The position numbers were made by a program, and so were the translations under genes. A model generated the notes under the pieces. It made no database searches and had not been told where the DNA came from. It saw nothing but the letters and a program-made list of their open reading frames with translations. Of a DNA stretch of 64,000 nt, positions 1-20,028 are shown one piece after another (the stretch's first letter is position 1; each line of letters begins with the position of its first letter). Origin of the DNA: a bacterium (GTDB lineage Bacteria; UBA8248); NCBI GenBank assembly GCA_965213685.1, contig CBDBZY010000018.1:64001-128000 (forward strand), given 5' to 3'.

Positions 1-879
1 AAAACAGCATCAAGTTGATCATAAAATGGACATGTGATTTTGTTTCCTTCAAGTTCTTCACTTTTGTTTTGCATTGATCTGTATCTCTGTGATATCCTTC
101 GTTATGCAATCTCTGTACTACTTTTTCAAAGACTTCTTTTGTCCTTGTCCGTCCTCCCAGTTCGGCCTGTACTTTTTCGTCACCCCACACTGCTATTAAC
201 GTCCTTGTTTCGTTTTCGCCCCACGAAGCTCCGCGACTAGGACCTGCCATAGCTTGCCTGCTGCTTTGCGAATCGTATATCCCGCGCAAGAGGCTTGTAC
301 ATACCCGCGCGCCCGAGTACAGGTGACGCTAGCTAGCTAGCGCCATGGAACAAGCGCGCCGATTGGGCGGCCCGTTTGAGAGCAGAGCTAGTTGACGTAG
401 CTAGCGCCATGGTTCGACCTTGGATATATCGGATACCGCTCGAGCCAGTTGTAAGCCCAGGTGGAAAGCTCAACCTTGGTATATAACCGGCCCCGAGATG
501 ACTCTGAACTACGTGGGTCAGTTTGCTGCGGCTACGACCGCGTTGTTAGCTTACGCTATCCTAAACTTAGCTGAAACTTTAAAAATAGCCTCAGGGGCTC
601 TACAACTTGAGCTTAATCCCACTTTAAACCCACCTTCGCGAGTGGGATTAGTTAATCCGGATCCTAATCCGGATTTGACCGTTTACACATAACCCGGATT
701 AGCTGCCGTGTAAACGCGCCTAACTACTAGTACTCTACATATACATGTAGTAAGGATTTGATACACATATTTAACGTTCTTTTTTCTTGTTTGTACTCTC
801 TTTCCATTTCCCCCCCCCCCCCCCTCCCCCCTTTCATTTGCCCTCTCCCTTTCCTTCCCTCCTTTCCTTCTCTCTTCAG

Positions 880-2483
880 GCTAAGCACTACACTCAGCTG
901 GTGGTTCAAAACCTTGCCCTACCCTCCCTCCCTCATGCTCCACCCCACGGTGCATACCTGAGAGATCAAGTACAATTGCCTGCAGTGGGAAACTACAGTG
1001 TAACACTGCCAACACTCAATCCCAATGACCATAACTCAGCTGTCAATGTTATATATACACCAGGTATGGTGTTTGTACGTCTACACAATTATGTACTGAG
1101 AGTGGGTGTACTGTAAATTGAAACAAAATGTTTGTGTTGGTTAAACTCTTTCATGGGAGTGGGTGGCTACATAAATCTTTAACCCCTACTGTTTATTTCA
1201 TGTGGTCATAGTCATGACAATAAGTATTAGTCTTGTTGGCTTAAGTGGTAACATGTAAAGAATGTTATGGGATAACCTCTTCAGGTCTAGTATATACATC
1301 ATGCATTCTCTGGCTCGAAATGCTAGCAAATCAACACCATAGCTGTTGCTTTGCTTTCATTTTTTAGTAGCTTGTACTTGTGCAGCATACCTTGAAGCTA
1401 CTTTGAAGTGTTCATATTAGAAAAATATTGAGTGCATTATTAAATTTTTCAGAGCTGTTGTAGCCTATCAAATTATTTTGCACCAAAATTTCTTGTTTGA
1501 TGGTAGGATATGTAGTGTATGTACATATACTTAAAAATGCAGTAATAGTGTTGTGCATGTATTACACTAGAGCTTGTTGTTTGGTAATGGATTTTTAGAG
1601 GGTATACTAGACCACAAAATAGAATGTACTGGTGCTCTACACTACGTACTACTGCATGCATGTACATATACTTGTATGCAAACATACATTTTCATATACA
1701 TGTACACGTACGTGTACTTGTATATGTAATGGACTGTCTTATTATCTCCATGTTCAGGTTGCCCCAACCTGCTCTGGGAACACAAAGTGTTCTCCTGACT
1801 CGCTAATGGCGGCTGCTCATCTCGGACTTCTGGACCAGATCATAGCTGTGAGTCTCCATGCACTCACATGTACATGGAGTAGCACATTTTCCACCACAGT
1901 TTACCTGTACTTGTACACATGAGTTTTCCTACCATTCCAGGACTTTTGCTTCTACAAACTTCACACTGTGGAGCAGTTGGGCTATGTAGCATTCTGTTTC
2001 CAGACCAGCAGTGAGGGCGTGGGCTCATTCCAGGTGGTGGTGCAGAGTGAGGAGTACAGTGCTCCATATGTGCTGGGGGAGATTGACAAATTCCTCGTTG
2101 CTTTTGGCGATAACTTTGCCAACATGACCACATCAGAGTGGAACACTCAGAAGGAGCTGTATGAGACAACCCTGAAGCAGAAGGAACAGACTCTGACTGA
2201 TGAAAGTGATGTGCTGTGGGTGGAGATCATCACTGGCAGGGAACAGTTTGACTACCAGCAGCAGTTGGTAGAAATATTACCAAACATCACACTAGAGAGC
2301 ATGCAGCAATTCTACAGTACTCACATTACCAACTCATCTGAGTATAGGAAGATGGTCATTGGGGTGCATGGCAAGGGCAGTAGTGCAAACTTCACAGATG
2401 CCAACTTTATGTATTGTCTTAGCTACAGTAGACTCAACCAGACTGCCCTGGAGTATCCCAGTGGAGATGTCAACTGTGCCTGA
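880..2483 (+). CDS. 3' exons of an M16A metallopeptidase (insulin-degrading enzyme/nardilysin-like); exons 880-1063, 1758-1847, 1941-2483; 5' part outside the window
   Basis: Spliced translation gives ...NPNDHNSAVNVIY / ...LGLLDQIIA / DFCFYKLHTVEQLGYV..., matching the IDE-family C-terminal motif F-x-x-LRTxEQLGY. Ends are canonical AG/GT. Exon 1 is one base out of phase with exon 2. Confidence 0.8.
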
Positions 2484-3546
2484 GGCTCAGTTACCTTTTG
2501 TTTTCATGACCCTGTCTGTGAAAGAGTTTCTTTTGTCATACATGTCATTCTTCCATTCTTTCTTTCCCCTCCCAGAGTTGTGTACTTTTACATCATACAT
2601 TAGACTCTACTGACCTCTACATTTTCATTCTCTCTATTATCTCTTCCATTATTATTATTATTATACGTATTTTCAATTCTGTGCCCCTAAACTGAATGGC
2701 TGTCTCTAAATGTACAACTTAGCCAAATATCCATTGTGATCCACATGTTATTAGTAGTAATAACGAATGTGATGAATTGTGCAATTAATTAAGTAGTTCT
2801 GTATGAGGCCGTAGTATAAAGTGTTATTCCTATGTTCTCAGTGCCCTTTACTAACAGAAAGCCTGTAAGCTTACAAATGAATGACAATTGGGTTGTTGTG
2901 GCACCATTGTTGGACATTAAAATTTAATGTGCATTACTGTGGTATATTAATATTCTATGCTTTCATAGCATCCATGCATGGCATGAGAAAGTTTTACGTA
3001 GTCATGTGTGGACTTTATTCAGCAAAAGGACAATATTCGTTACACAGCAAAGTACATGACCCAATAACTAGGCCTTTGTGGATTATGTTGGGAAAAATAG
3101 GTACTTCTGAGCAAAAAGAATTATGCAGGAAAAATATAGGTTTACGTTTTCTGATAATGCAGGAAAACTTTAATAGGTACAGGTCTACAGCAACTGGTCT
3201 AAAGCATGTAAGTTGGATATAGAGCAGCCTCCCTCAGCCGCAGCTGAGCTTGTCCTTTCGATTTTATTATTTGCCTTCTCTACAGCATAGGAATCATCAT
3301 TGGAAGACTACACGTGTATACAACTATCAGTCATGTTGCAGAACAACTATATTATAGCTTTGTGCGTTTGGCAAAGTGTTATTTAATATTATGGTAACTC
3401 ACAAGAAAAATTGGCAATACAAAAAGAAAAATAGGCCACTTGAAAGAAAAGAAAAAAAGGAAAAAAATAGGCTAAACGTTGAGCATAATCCACAAAGGCC
3501 TACCAATAACACTCAGACACGCATAGGGGATTGCATTCCACTGTGC

Positions 3547-6500
3547 CTATTTCATAACAATGAGGTTCTTCATAATGTCAAAGCTGTTGCCATCTGGCTG
3601 CAGAGTCAGCTGTTCCCCGCTCTGTGTCTGAACCAACAGGTAGCCATACTCATTGATGCCAAGAATGGTCACCTGCTCATTGCCTCTGCTGACCAGTCCC
3701 ACAGTTGCATTACTGCAATAGCACGAGAGAATAATTCGCAGTATAGGAAATCTATCCAGTACTGTGGCTTATATTGACACATCTAGGAGAGCACTTGAAC
3801 TTACACTGTCACATGCAAATATCTGATGAATTACATTGCATGCAAGGTAATCCATGGCCAGCAATGGAAAATCAGTCAAAAACTAAAGTATACAACAGTC
3901 AGACATCTCCCTCCACTCCTCCCACTGTCCATTCTGTGGTGCCCTTTGTCACCTGTGCAGCCAGTAATGGTAGTATTCTTCCTGTAATACCTGCATTCCA
4001 GAGCCCTCGTACACACCAAGGTACATCTCCAACCTGTTTAGTGTGTATGCCAACATCTGCTCTACTGTCAGTGTGCGGAGAGAGCTACCAGATTCACTGT
4101 TATGCAGAGCTATGCAGTCATTGATGGACATTGTGGGATGTTTGTTGTTGAGATTCACACCACATCCTGCAGTATAGAATGAAGACAATCCATGGCAAAG
4201 TCCATAGGAAATCTCTCAGCTGTTTAAGGTTTAGAGCACAGACTGCATGTGCAGTACTTGGAGACAGTATACTCACCAATAACAGCAGTGAGGGCAACAG
4301 AGCCACTGGTTGAGAAACAGGAAATTAAAGTGCCTCCCAATTTCACTTTGTTTTGACAGTAGATATCATTGGGCCACTTTATAGACACTGCAACTGCCTG
4401 GAATTAATACAAATGCATCAGGACAGAGTAAGAGACCTTGAAAAGGGTGAACGATCACCACATACATATAGGATACACACACACCACGAAATGAAGCAGC
4501 CAAACGCTATACACACAAGAGATGTTACTGAGTTGAAAACAATCATGACCTAGTCACAAGTGGTGAAAGTATTACACTGAAGCTTTGATGAGTGCACTTG
4601 CTATTCCTGTATATATTCTGGTACATTACCAATTCCACAAACATATGCAATAGATGAACACACAAGTATACTATAATATGGAATACTCAGAAAATGGTGT
4701 CGCCTACCACTCTTTGGCTATTTTGCCTACTGGCACACACAGTGCTGAGGAGTAATATACTGGTTAGGGCATTAGGATTCCATCGGAGTTACTGTTACAT
4801 ATAACTTAAGTGCCTTCTGTCTGGTCACTGAAGCAACAGGTGGCCTACCCTACAGACCACTTACAGTACTTAACAAGCACCTCATATCCTGGTATTGTCC
4901 GCACAGCAGAGACCACCGATAGAGCTACAATGTGCTGCAGTAGAGACATCTTCTTGAATAGTCTCGACCACGGCTAGACAGTGAGCACTGTGGAGAACAT
5001 CATGGAGCCCTTTGGAGACAGCCATACATTGCCTCTCCGTCCTGCAGGGAACATGTATAAACCATCCTTGAATCACATGCAGTGCACGAGATGTGGGGCT
5101 TACAATGGGGAAATAGCAAAGCATATACTAACACATGACATTATGTAACAGGAGAGATATGGGGAGGGATAGGTGTACAAGCATTAAAGATTGGAAGAGA
5201 CAAGCTAGAGAATAGACATGAGTTATATCAAGTCTGACCTTTGCCCTTTGTCTGCTGACCAGTGGCACACACCACTCCCATATCTGTCTTCAGAGCTGTG
5301 CAGAATGGCATGTTACCAGTGAGCATGGTCTGAGTGGAGCTAATTATGGGAATGTAAATGAGGTTCCGCCCCAAGAGGCCGTCTGGAGACACTTCATATA
5401 CTGTGATGCATCAAACCCTATGGACTGTAGCTGGGGATGTGATGGGTTTGTGAGCAGAACAATCTTATCGGCTGCTGGCTCTGGCAGGGAGTCCACTGGA
5501 GTACCCTCCCTGGCTATGTCAGTCATTACCAATTCAATGTCCACCTCACTGCCCTTCACTGCACTATCGTCTGTCTTCACTGAGCTCAGAGCAGACTCAA
5601 GTTTCAACCTCAGCTGTGAGCCAGGGAAAAAGCTATAACAATAATTATACACATCTTCAACTTTCAATAAGAAACTCAATATTGATCACAACAGCAAATC
5701 CTAATGCAAACTATGATGCACAAACATGTACCTTGTCACTGCACATGACGTAGGAGGGTGTGGAGTTACTGCTCTCATGGTCAGAACAGCTCAATCCAAC
5801 CCCCTTCAAAGTGGTGGACAATAGGTTGGAAACCTTTTCTGCATCTTTCTTGAGGAGTATAATTTTGGAGACACTTATGTCCTTGCTAGCTACTGACAAC
5901 ATGTCAATGTGCGAGAGGACAGCCTGCCCACCATTACCCTCATAGCTCACCAGCAAGACACAAGGCAACATTGCCCTATCCCCCTCCCCCTCCCCCTCCC
6001 CCTCCCCCTCCCCCTCCTCCTCTTCCATCTCCTTGCCCCCTGCCTGCTCCTCCTCATTTCCTGATTGATCAGATGCTTTGGGTTCATAGCCTCCCATTGT
6101 TGCTAGGACAGTCACCAAGCTTCTTGGGAGAGAGAGGTAGACTCTGGGCAAATCTGACCTTGACCTCTGACCCCCCAGCACTGTTCTTGCCACACACATA
6201 GTTCCTGCCTCAACCGCTTCTCTTTCGGGTGAGCCATTCAAAGCCTTGACCTCTACAATTGTGTGCTGCCGGAGAGTCTGGGGAAAGCTGCATCCCATAG
6301 CGGTATTAACGACAGGGTGCATGCTCAGCAGCGTACCGCCCTCCTGTAGATAGAACTTGACCTCCCTCAGCACGGCAGGGTCGCATACGTCTGGCTCGGT
6401 CCCTGTGGGTACCACAAGGAGGGAGCAGTTCTCTTTCCATGGCGCCTTGAACAGGTCCCTGGCTCCCAGAGGATACACCACGTACCTCTCCTTGTCTAAA

Positions 6501-6702
6501 CAGGCCGTGAGGGCTTCTTTAGTTGAGGCGAACAACGAGTCGTTCTCTAGCACTTCCGTCTGGCGAGTGAGCACAAGAATGTTGGGCGGTTTAGCCATGG
6601 CCATGGGTGCTGTGGAATACTTGGCTACTTTGGCGGCTGCTGTAATCGCACGACAAAGGTGCGGGAGTAGCGACGACCGAACGTCCTCACCCACTTCCAC
6701 AT
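3547..6702 (-). pseudogene. HLCS: Holocarboxylase synthetase (biotin-protein ligase), disrupted copy; exons about 6702/6604-5732, 5613-5239, 5041-4881, 4397-4277, 4166-3953, 3712-3547
   Basis: Motifs KPPNILV, QTKGKGRRGNVWLSP, IKWPNDIY, KLGGTLI, IGCGVNL and LQPDGNSFDIMKNLI all splice in phase. There is a 1-nt frameshift near 5374 and an in-frame TAG at 4976-4974. Family identity is secure; pseudogene versus assembly error is not. Confidence 0.8.
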
Positions 6703-7066
6703 GTCCTATCGGCCTAGCGGAGCACGCGGACAGTGCGGAACGCGGAAACTTATGTGGAGGAGGACTACAGTGTTCAACATGTCAAACCTGTGGGTTTCTC
6801 TTTCTGTTTGCACGTGCGTCAGCCGGCACCTCGTTCCTAATATTACATGCGCCATACAGCAAAGCTTCTATACTACAAGTACTACCTTTATCCGTAACAC
6901 TAGCCAGCTCCCTAGACAAGCCATGTCAAACGATTAGACCTAGCCTTAGGCCCTTCACGCGACCAAGCAAATTAATCCCCAATCCAGCCGTGCCGGGAGC
7001 CTGCCATGCTCTACAAAATCAGTGAAGAAATGTGAAACTGGTCATCTACATCACAACCTACAAGCT

Positions 7067-7544
7067 TAGGGCCGTAGGAGCAGGTCCGGCAGGTGCGGCG
7101 GCCGCCGGACCAAAGTTTGCCCCAAAAAATGGCGGCCTGCGTATGGCGCAAAGCGCATGACGCAATCATGGAGCGCAATGAGTTTCAGCTGTCCATGTTG
7201 TAACTTCTAAGTTCAGCTTTTACACATCTCTGTATGGTTCTCTTTTTGCTGTACATTCTTAGTTGAGTACTAAAGCTACATTCTCGCAATTACAAACCCG
7301 AGGGCGTAGCGGAGCCACGCCATTCTGCGAGTATAAAGGCGTCAAGCACGAATAGCAGCAGATTGTCTAAACCTTGCTATTTCACCCCAAAAATTGCACC
7401 AGCAACGATCTCAGGTGGTCTAAAATGCCAAACCTTTCCTGGGGAGGCATGCCCCCAGACCCCCCTAGCGAGCGCGCTTCGCACGCTTTATTACTCAGCA
7501 TTACTACCCGCCTGACCAATTGAAATTTGCTTCCTACGGGCCTG
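7067..7544. mobile_element. Non-autonomous hAT-like MITE with 5-bp TSD
   Basis: Imperfect TIRs TAGGGCCGTAGGAGC / GCTTCCTACGGGCCTG, flanked on both sides by AAGCT (7062-7066, 7545-7549). Confidence 0.7.
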
Positions 7545-8344
7545 AAGCTGAAAGTATTATGTTGACACAGTGAGACACTGTATGTTGAACACAGTACACT
7601 GCCCGTTTGGAGTGTTCACAGAATGATGCATATGCTGAACGTTAAAGTGTGAATCCCATTTGCTTATAGTCATAGTTGGTTCACATGCACATGTACTACT
7701 AGTAACCTAGGTAGCTACCAATCATAGTTACCCGATAGGCAGCCCAGGCACCACCATTGATCCACCACTGGGCTGTAAGGGTATAGAGTTGTCTCCTTCA
7801 AATCTGGTATGCATCGGATCTCTCCTGTGCAGCCAATCTTGGCATTTATGACGCTCCATGTTCCCTCGGAGGTCTGACTTTAGCTACTTGCAACCATGAT
7901 GTGATAAACAGGAACACGACCTCCCAGCAATAAACCATTGACCGCATGTGGAGAATCCTCTTTTAAGTGCTTAAATGAATCGTTCAGCAGTGCACTGTAA
8001 GCTCCAGGTAAGGGTGTTATATATGGTTGACACTATAGCCTGTCATTCTGAGACAGTTCAATCATCAAACCTTTTATATAGTCATCTTCAGCATGTGTCA
8101 TATAAGCAGTATCCATGCAAAAAAAGAAGTCTTAAGTCCTTTTGTATATGAACAAAGCACAAGAAAGTCTGCATGTGAAAGCCAGTCACCACACAATCAT
8201 TTCCAGGTAATCTAACAGCAGGTAATCTATGGTTATTCAAGTACATCATAGTGAGGTATGAATGTTAAAGTGTACATTGCAGTTTGTTTTCTCTCCTCCA
8301 TATTTACTATGTAGCTAACAAAAAGACACCCACACCCACACCCC

Positions 8345-8375
<31 letters not shown>

Positions 8376-8514
8376 ACACACACCACCTGCATGATGACGT
8401 GCACACAACAGGCATGGGTAGCCTGTTCACATGTCATGTATGCATGAGCTTCACGTACACTGCTATTAATATTTCACTCAGTGTGGCTCCTCCCCTGATG
8501 GAGAGGAGTTACCA

Positions 8515-8705
8515 GTCGATCCCTTGTGGGATTCTGACGGCACATATGGAGTGATATTGAGAATTGTGAAGGCTGGCTGTCACTCGGTGGCCATAGCTTA
8601 GGTGGTAGAGCACTGACAGCTAAAGACAGAGGCCCCCAGTTCAATCCCGGGTGGCTGCCGGTTTTTCGCGGTTCTCTAAAATATTCCCAAGCCTTTCCTC
8701 ATGTA
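8515..8705 (+). repeat. tRNA-derived interspersed repeat, family 1, copy 1
   Basis: A-box-like TAGCTTAGGTGGTAGAGC and B-box-like GTTCAATCC; aligns end to end with 18035-18225. Confidence 0.75.
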
Positions 8706-9129
8706 CATGTACTTAGGCAACACTCCCCTTCATGTCTTCAGTAAATTGGAATAAAGGTTTGACACTAAAACTGTAACAGAAAAAGAGCATGGTAACAATG
8801 AAAATACATTACTGAATAATTGCAGTGATATGAATAATTATACAAGGTTGGGTTATATCAAGAAGCTATTGAACATAGTGGAATCTACATTCACAACCCT
8901 ATACATCACAAGTAATTACACTACCATTTTAACAGTTCCTTTGATGATCAACCTTTGCTTTTTCTTGACCCAAAATTTCCTTTCATCCCACTAGCCCCTT
9001 CTCCAACCCACTGCCCCCCTACTCCAGTGTTCTTAAAGTTTTCCATTGTAGTGATCCTTATTGCTCTCCTTCTCACACCTTCCTCCCTGTTTCTGCTGTC
9101 ACTTCTTCCACCTTTTCTCTGTCTTCCTT

Positions 9130-9250
9130 TTCCTCCTCCTCCTCCTCCACCTCCTCTTCCTCCTCCTCCTCCTCCTCCTCCTCCTCCTCCTCCTCCTCCT
9201 CCTCCTCCTCCTCCTCCTCCTCCTCCTCCTTCTCCTCCTCCTCTTCCTTC
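9130..9250. repeat. (CCT)n/(GGA)n microsatellite just 3' of the Death-domain exon of paralogue A
   Basis: Read directly; an equivalent tract lies at 32890-32970 behind paralogue B. Confidence 0.95.
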
Positions 9251-9335
9251 CTTCCTTCCTTTTCACTTCGTCCCCCTCATCTTCTTCCACCTCCCAATCT
9301 CTCCCACCTGTTCCCCCTCCCCCTCCCCTTTCCCT

Positions 9336-16567
<7,232 letters not shown>

Positions 16568-17363
16568 CTGTTCATGTAAAAGGAAGTAGCAATACTAACG
16601 GTAAGGGCAGGCAAAATCCAGTATAATTGCTAAGTGTAGTAAGCAGATGCGGCACTGCCTGCACTTTATATTCACACTATAATTTTGGGGGGTTATTCCA
16701 ATGTCAGAGTATTGCGTTTACAGCGCAGCATTGTGATTGTCCGCCGTTACTGCATAGCGCTTCGAACGGCACGGTCGTAAAAATAGCGTTCGTACTCGCA
16801 CTCTCCGCGGTCTTCCGCAGATTGGGCGTGGCCTGCTTTGGCCTCTGCCTTCGCAGCTGCGTCTTTGGAAATAGCAGAACGCTTATATATGAGAGCTTTA
16901 CGTCCCTTGGCGTGTTGAAGGAAGTAGCGCAGGCATCAACGCAGTATATAGCGCATGCGGAACGAGGTTGCACGTGACATTTCGCTCATGGGTGGTTATT
17001 GACTTTTTACTCACACCCTGAGGGTCAAGGTTCACAATTAAGACCACCTTGAAGCTGGCAACAGGTGTCAAACAACGTGAAGAAGGACGATCACGCGCTT
17101 CATGAGCGACCAGAATGATTACTGACGCCGAACTCAGAACGACTGAGGGTACGGACAATGGACTGCCTTTATCCGAAACCCTCACAGAGCAAGATTGTAA
17201 GTATAGTATCTATGGATTGCGTGGGAACTTCACCGCTAAACTCCAAGTTGTGACCAAGCCTTCGTTTGGCTCTATCATGCATTGGCGTATGAGAAGCATA
17301 AATATTGGGGAGGCTGACAGAGCGCAAAGCCTTTAAACACTTTGTGGAGGAGCTTATTATTAT

Positions 17364-17855
17364 ATGTAAACTCATTTAAAGAGACAAGGCAAAGTAAACA
17401 ACTACGCCCGAAGACAACTCCTTTTTTTTCTCCAGAGAAAAAATGAGCTGCCTCGGGCGGGATTCGAACCTGCGACGTTCTGCGTGCTAGGCGAACGCTC
17501 TACCAACTGAGCCACCGAGGCAGCTCAGCTGGGCAGGCCGAATCTTTAAAGTTTATGCAAGGCAAAGGGCGTCTCTCCCCTGATGAACAGGCTAACCAAT
17601 CCTAGTATTAAGGAGTGGGCCGGGGTAATTAAACCACCAAAGGCACCCACATCCATACTAAGAAATTACATGTAAACTCATTTAAAGAGACAAGGCAAAG
17701 TAAACAACTACGCCCGAAGACAATTCCTTTTTCTCGAGAGAAAAAATGAGCTGCCTCGGGCGGGATTCGAACCTGCGACGTTATGCGTGCTAGGCGAACG
17801 CTCTACCAACTGAGCCACCGAGGCAGCTCAGCTGGGCAGGCTGAATCTTTAAAGT
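17364..17855 (-). repeat. Two tandem copies (period about 306 bp) of tRNA-containing repeat family 2; tRNA-like cores at 17449-17521 and 17752-17824
   Basis: Minus strand GCCTCGGTGGCTCAGTTGGTAGAGC...CTAGCAC...GGTTCGAATCCCGCCCGAGGCA, with duplicated flanks. Confidence 0.8.
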
Positions 17856-18034
17856 ATCTTTAAAGTATTTATATGTCAACAAGAATCAGGCCTAAAATAC
17901 TGGGGGGATTCTGCCCCCTCCAGAAAAATATTGGGGGGGCTCTCCCCCCCCCCTTGCTACGCCTATGCTATGTGTGTGTGGCAGTTGAAGAGTTACTGTA
18001 AGCCATCAGTGTGTGTTGGAATGTTGTGATACAT

Positions 18035-18225
18035 GTCGATCCCTAGCGGGATTCTGACGGCATATACAGAGTGATATTGAGAATTGTGAGGGCTGGCTGT
18101 CACCCAGTGGCCATAGCTCAGGTGGTAGAGCACTGACAGCTAAAGTTAGAGGCCCCGGTTCTATTCCGGGTGGCTGCCGTTATTTCACGGTTCTCTAAAA
18201 ATATTCCCAAGCCTTTCCTCATGTA
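18035..18225 (+). repeat. tRNA-derived interspersed repeat, family 1, copy 2
   Basis: Aligns with 8515-8705; absent at the paralogous position near 39770. Confidence 0.75.
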
Positions 18226-18751
18226 ACTGCTTTGCTGTGCAATTTTCAAGCTGCATTTCTCTCACACCAACAAGATAATTTCATCTGCATTTCTCTCTCT
18301 CTAACGAGAAAAGCCTAGTGGATGAACTGGCTTAACTCACAAGCCTCACAGAATTGGTTTTCGACTGAAATAAGATAAAGGTACAGATGACCACACCCAC
18401 TGGGTGGAGTCAAGATGGAGGGCCACCCGCAGTGATAGAGCGTCCATTCAGATGAGTGAGTGGTAGAGCATCCCCCCACTTTCCTCTTCACCTGTCCCCC
18501 TCCCTCCCTCCCTCCCTCCCTCCCTTTCTCTACCATCCTTCCCTCCCCACCTTGGCACCTTCATCCACACAAACTGCGCATTTTGGCCCTTGTGTAGCGG
18601 CGCAGGGGGGAGGTAGACTGCCAAAACGAAGAGCTTCTCAACACGTTTGTAGTAACGGTGGACAGAGGCCTAAATTTGCAGGGTTCATAGAGAGGGTTGC
18701 ACTCTGGGATTCCCCCCCCCCAGCAAAATAAAATCCAAATTTGTGTTACAA

Positions 18752-19365
18752 ACTATCTGGCTTGTTAGTACTTCCGAGTCAAGCGTTTGGTGCAATGTGA
18801 GCTGTGTGCCCCTTGATCTAAGGTACCAAGGGATCTAACACAGACTGCCAGTTGTATATACTGTGGCTTACAGGATTATTCTGAGCTCTAGTTAACTCTA
18901 ATTGTGTATGATTATGATGGCACGAGTACACAGATGGAGTGGACTGATGTGAGTCAGTAAATAGGTTTAAGATTGGTCAATGGAGAGAGTGGATATGTAC
19001 TTCTGGTAGCTGTGGAGGAGTAAGGATATCAGTTTTTGAACTTTGTGTATACGTCGTTTATGAGCGTATTGTGAAGAATGGAGTGATTGTGGTACAAGCC
19101 ATGTAAGTAAGAAGTATCAGCATCCCTGAAGTTCCAGAAAACGTTCACATTGAGATACTCTACAATGAAGCAGAAGCTCATTTTGATCTGAGAGTTCTCA
19201 GAAATGCTCACAATATCCTTGTTCCTCCACAGCTGACAACTGTGTCATATCTCTTAGTATATTAGACAGACCAATGCTCATCTGCACAGCTGACAAGTGT
19301 GTCAGATCAAAAGCGCACAGCTCACATTGCATTAAACTTGGAAGTACTATGCAGCCAGTTAGTTC
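18752..19365. mobile_element. Degenerate long-TIR MITE
   Basis: CTGGCTTGTTAGTACTTCC...TGCAATGTGAGCTGTG pairs with CACAGCTCACATTGCA...GGAAGTACTATGCAGCCAG. Confidence 0.6.
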
Positions 19366-19455
19366 AAAGCCTTTGTAAGTGCGTATGAAGCTATACCAAA
19401 ATTATCATGCTTAGACGTCTACTTTCTTTACCTCGAGATGCTGCATACTTCTTCA

Positions 19456-20028
19456 GGCAGGACGACCCTAAGACATGATTTTGCCTGATTTATGTTTTAT
19501 TGTATTCTCGTAATGATGCCTGTTAGCGAAGTAACGTAGTTTTGCGTGATATGTCGGTTCATAGAATTATAAAATTTACGCAATATGCATATCGCTAATT
19601 ATAGAAAAAAAAATTGCCAATAACGGCTAACGCTGCAGAGACGAAACTTCGGTGGATGATTACTAAGCATGTTGGCTATCTAAGTTTGCTTTAAAAATCC
19701 GTGCTAAGTCTTTCTTTCTAGACATATAATCGTTTTCTTCGTGCTGCAGAATTTAGAAAAACAGTAGCAAATTCTGCCGTAAAGTAGCAAGTCAAGCCTC
19801 GAGCAACCCATTGCGCATAAACTAGTTCACTCCCCTTTGGCGAGCATCCACCTCTTCACCGGTTGGCGCCACACAGCGCCGCACGTCCAACGGTAGCGGG
19901 AAATATGAATTTTTCCCAGCGAATTTGCAACCGCGCCAAAGAATTGCTGTCGTTTTAGCGTTGGTAAATGTAGGGGGAAAGCGACGGTAGAGTAAATGAC
20001 GAAGAATGCAATCATGACTCGCCCTCCC
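19456..20028. mobile_element. Non-autonomous DNA transposon with 4-bp TTCA TSD (Kolobok-like), inserted in one unit of a tandem duplication (19383-20420)
   Basis: TTCA on both sides and GG...CC termini; the uninterrupted site is visible in the second unit near 20285. Confidence 0.6.

Noticed and set aside
4974-4976. Stop-codon readthrough or recoding in HLCS
   Set aside because: The same gene also has a frameshift and other genes in the window end in TAG normally; decay or error is simpler.
6357-7025. 222-aa plus-strand ORF
   Set aside because: Antisense shadow of the HLCS first exon with no recognisable motif.
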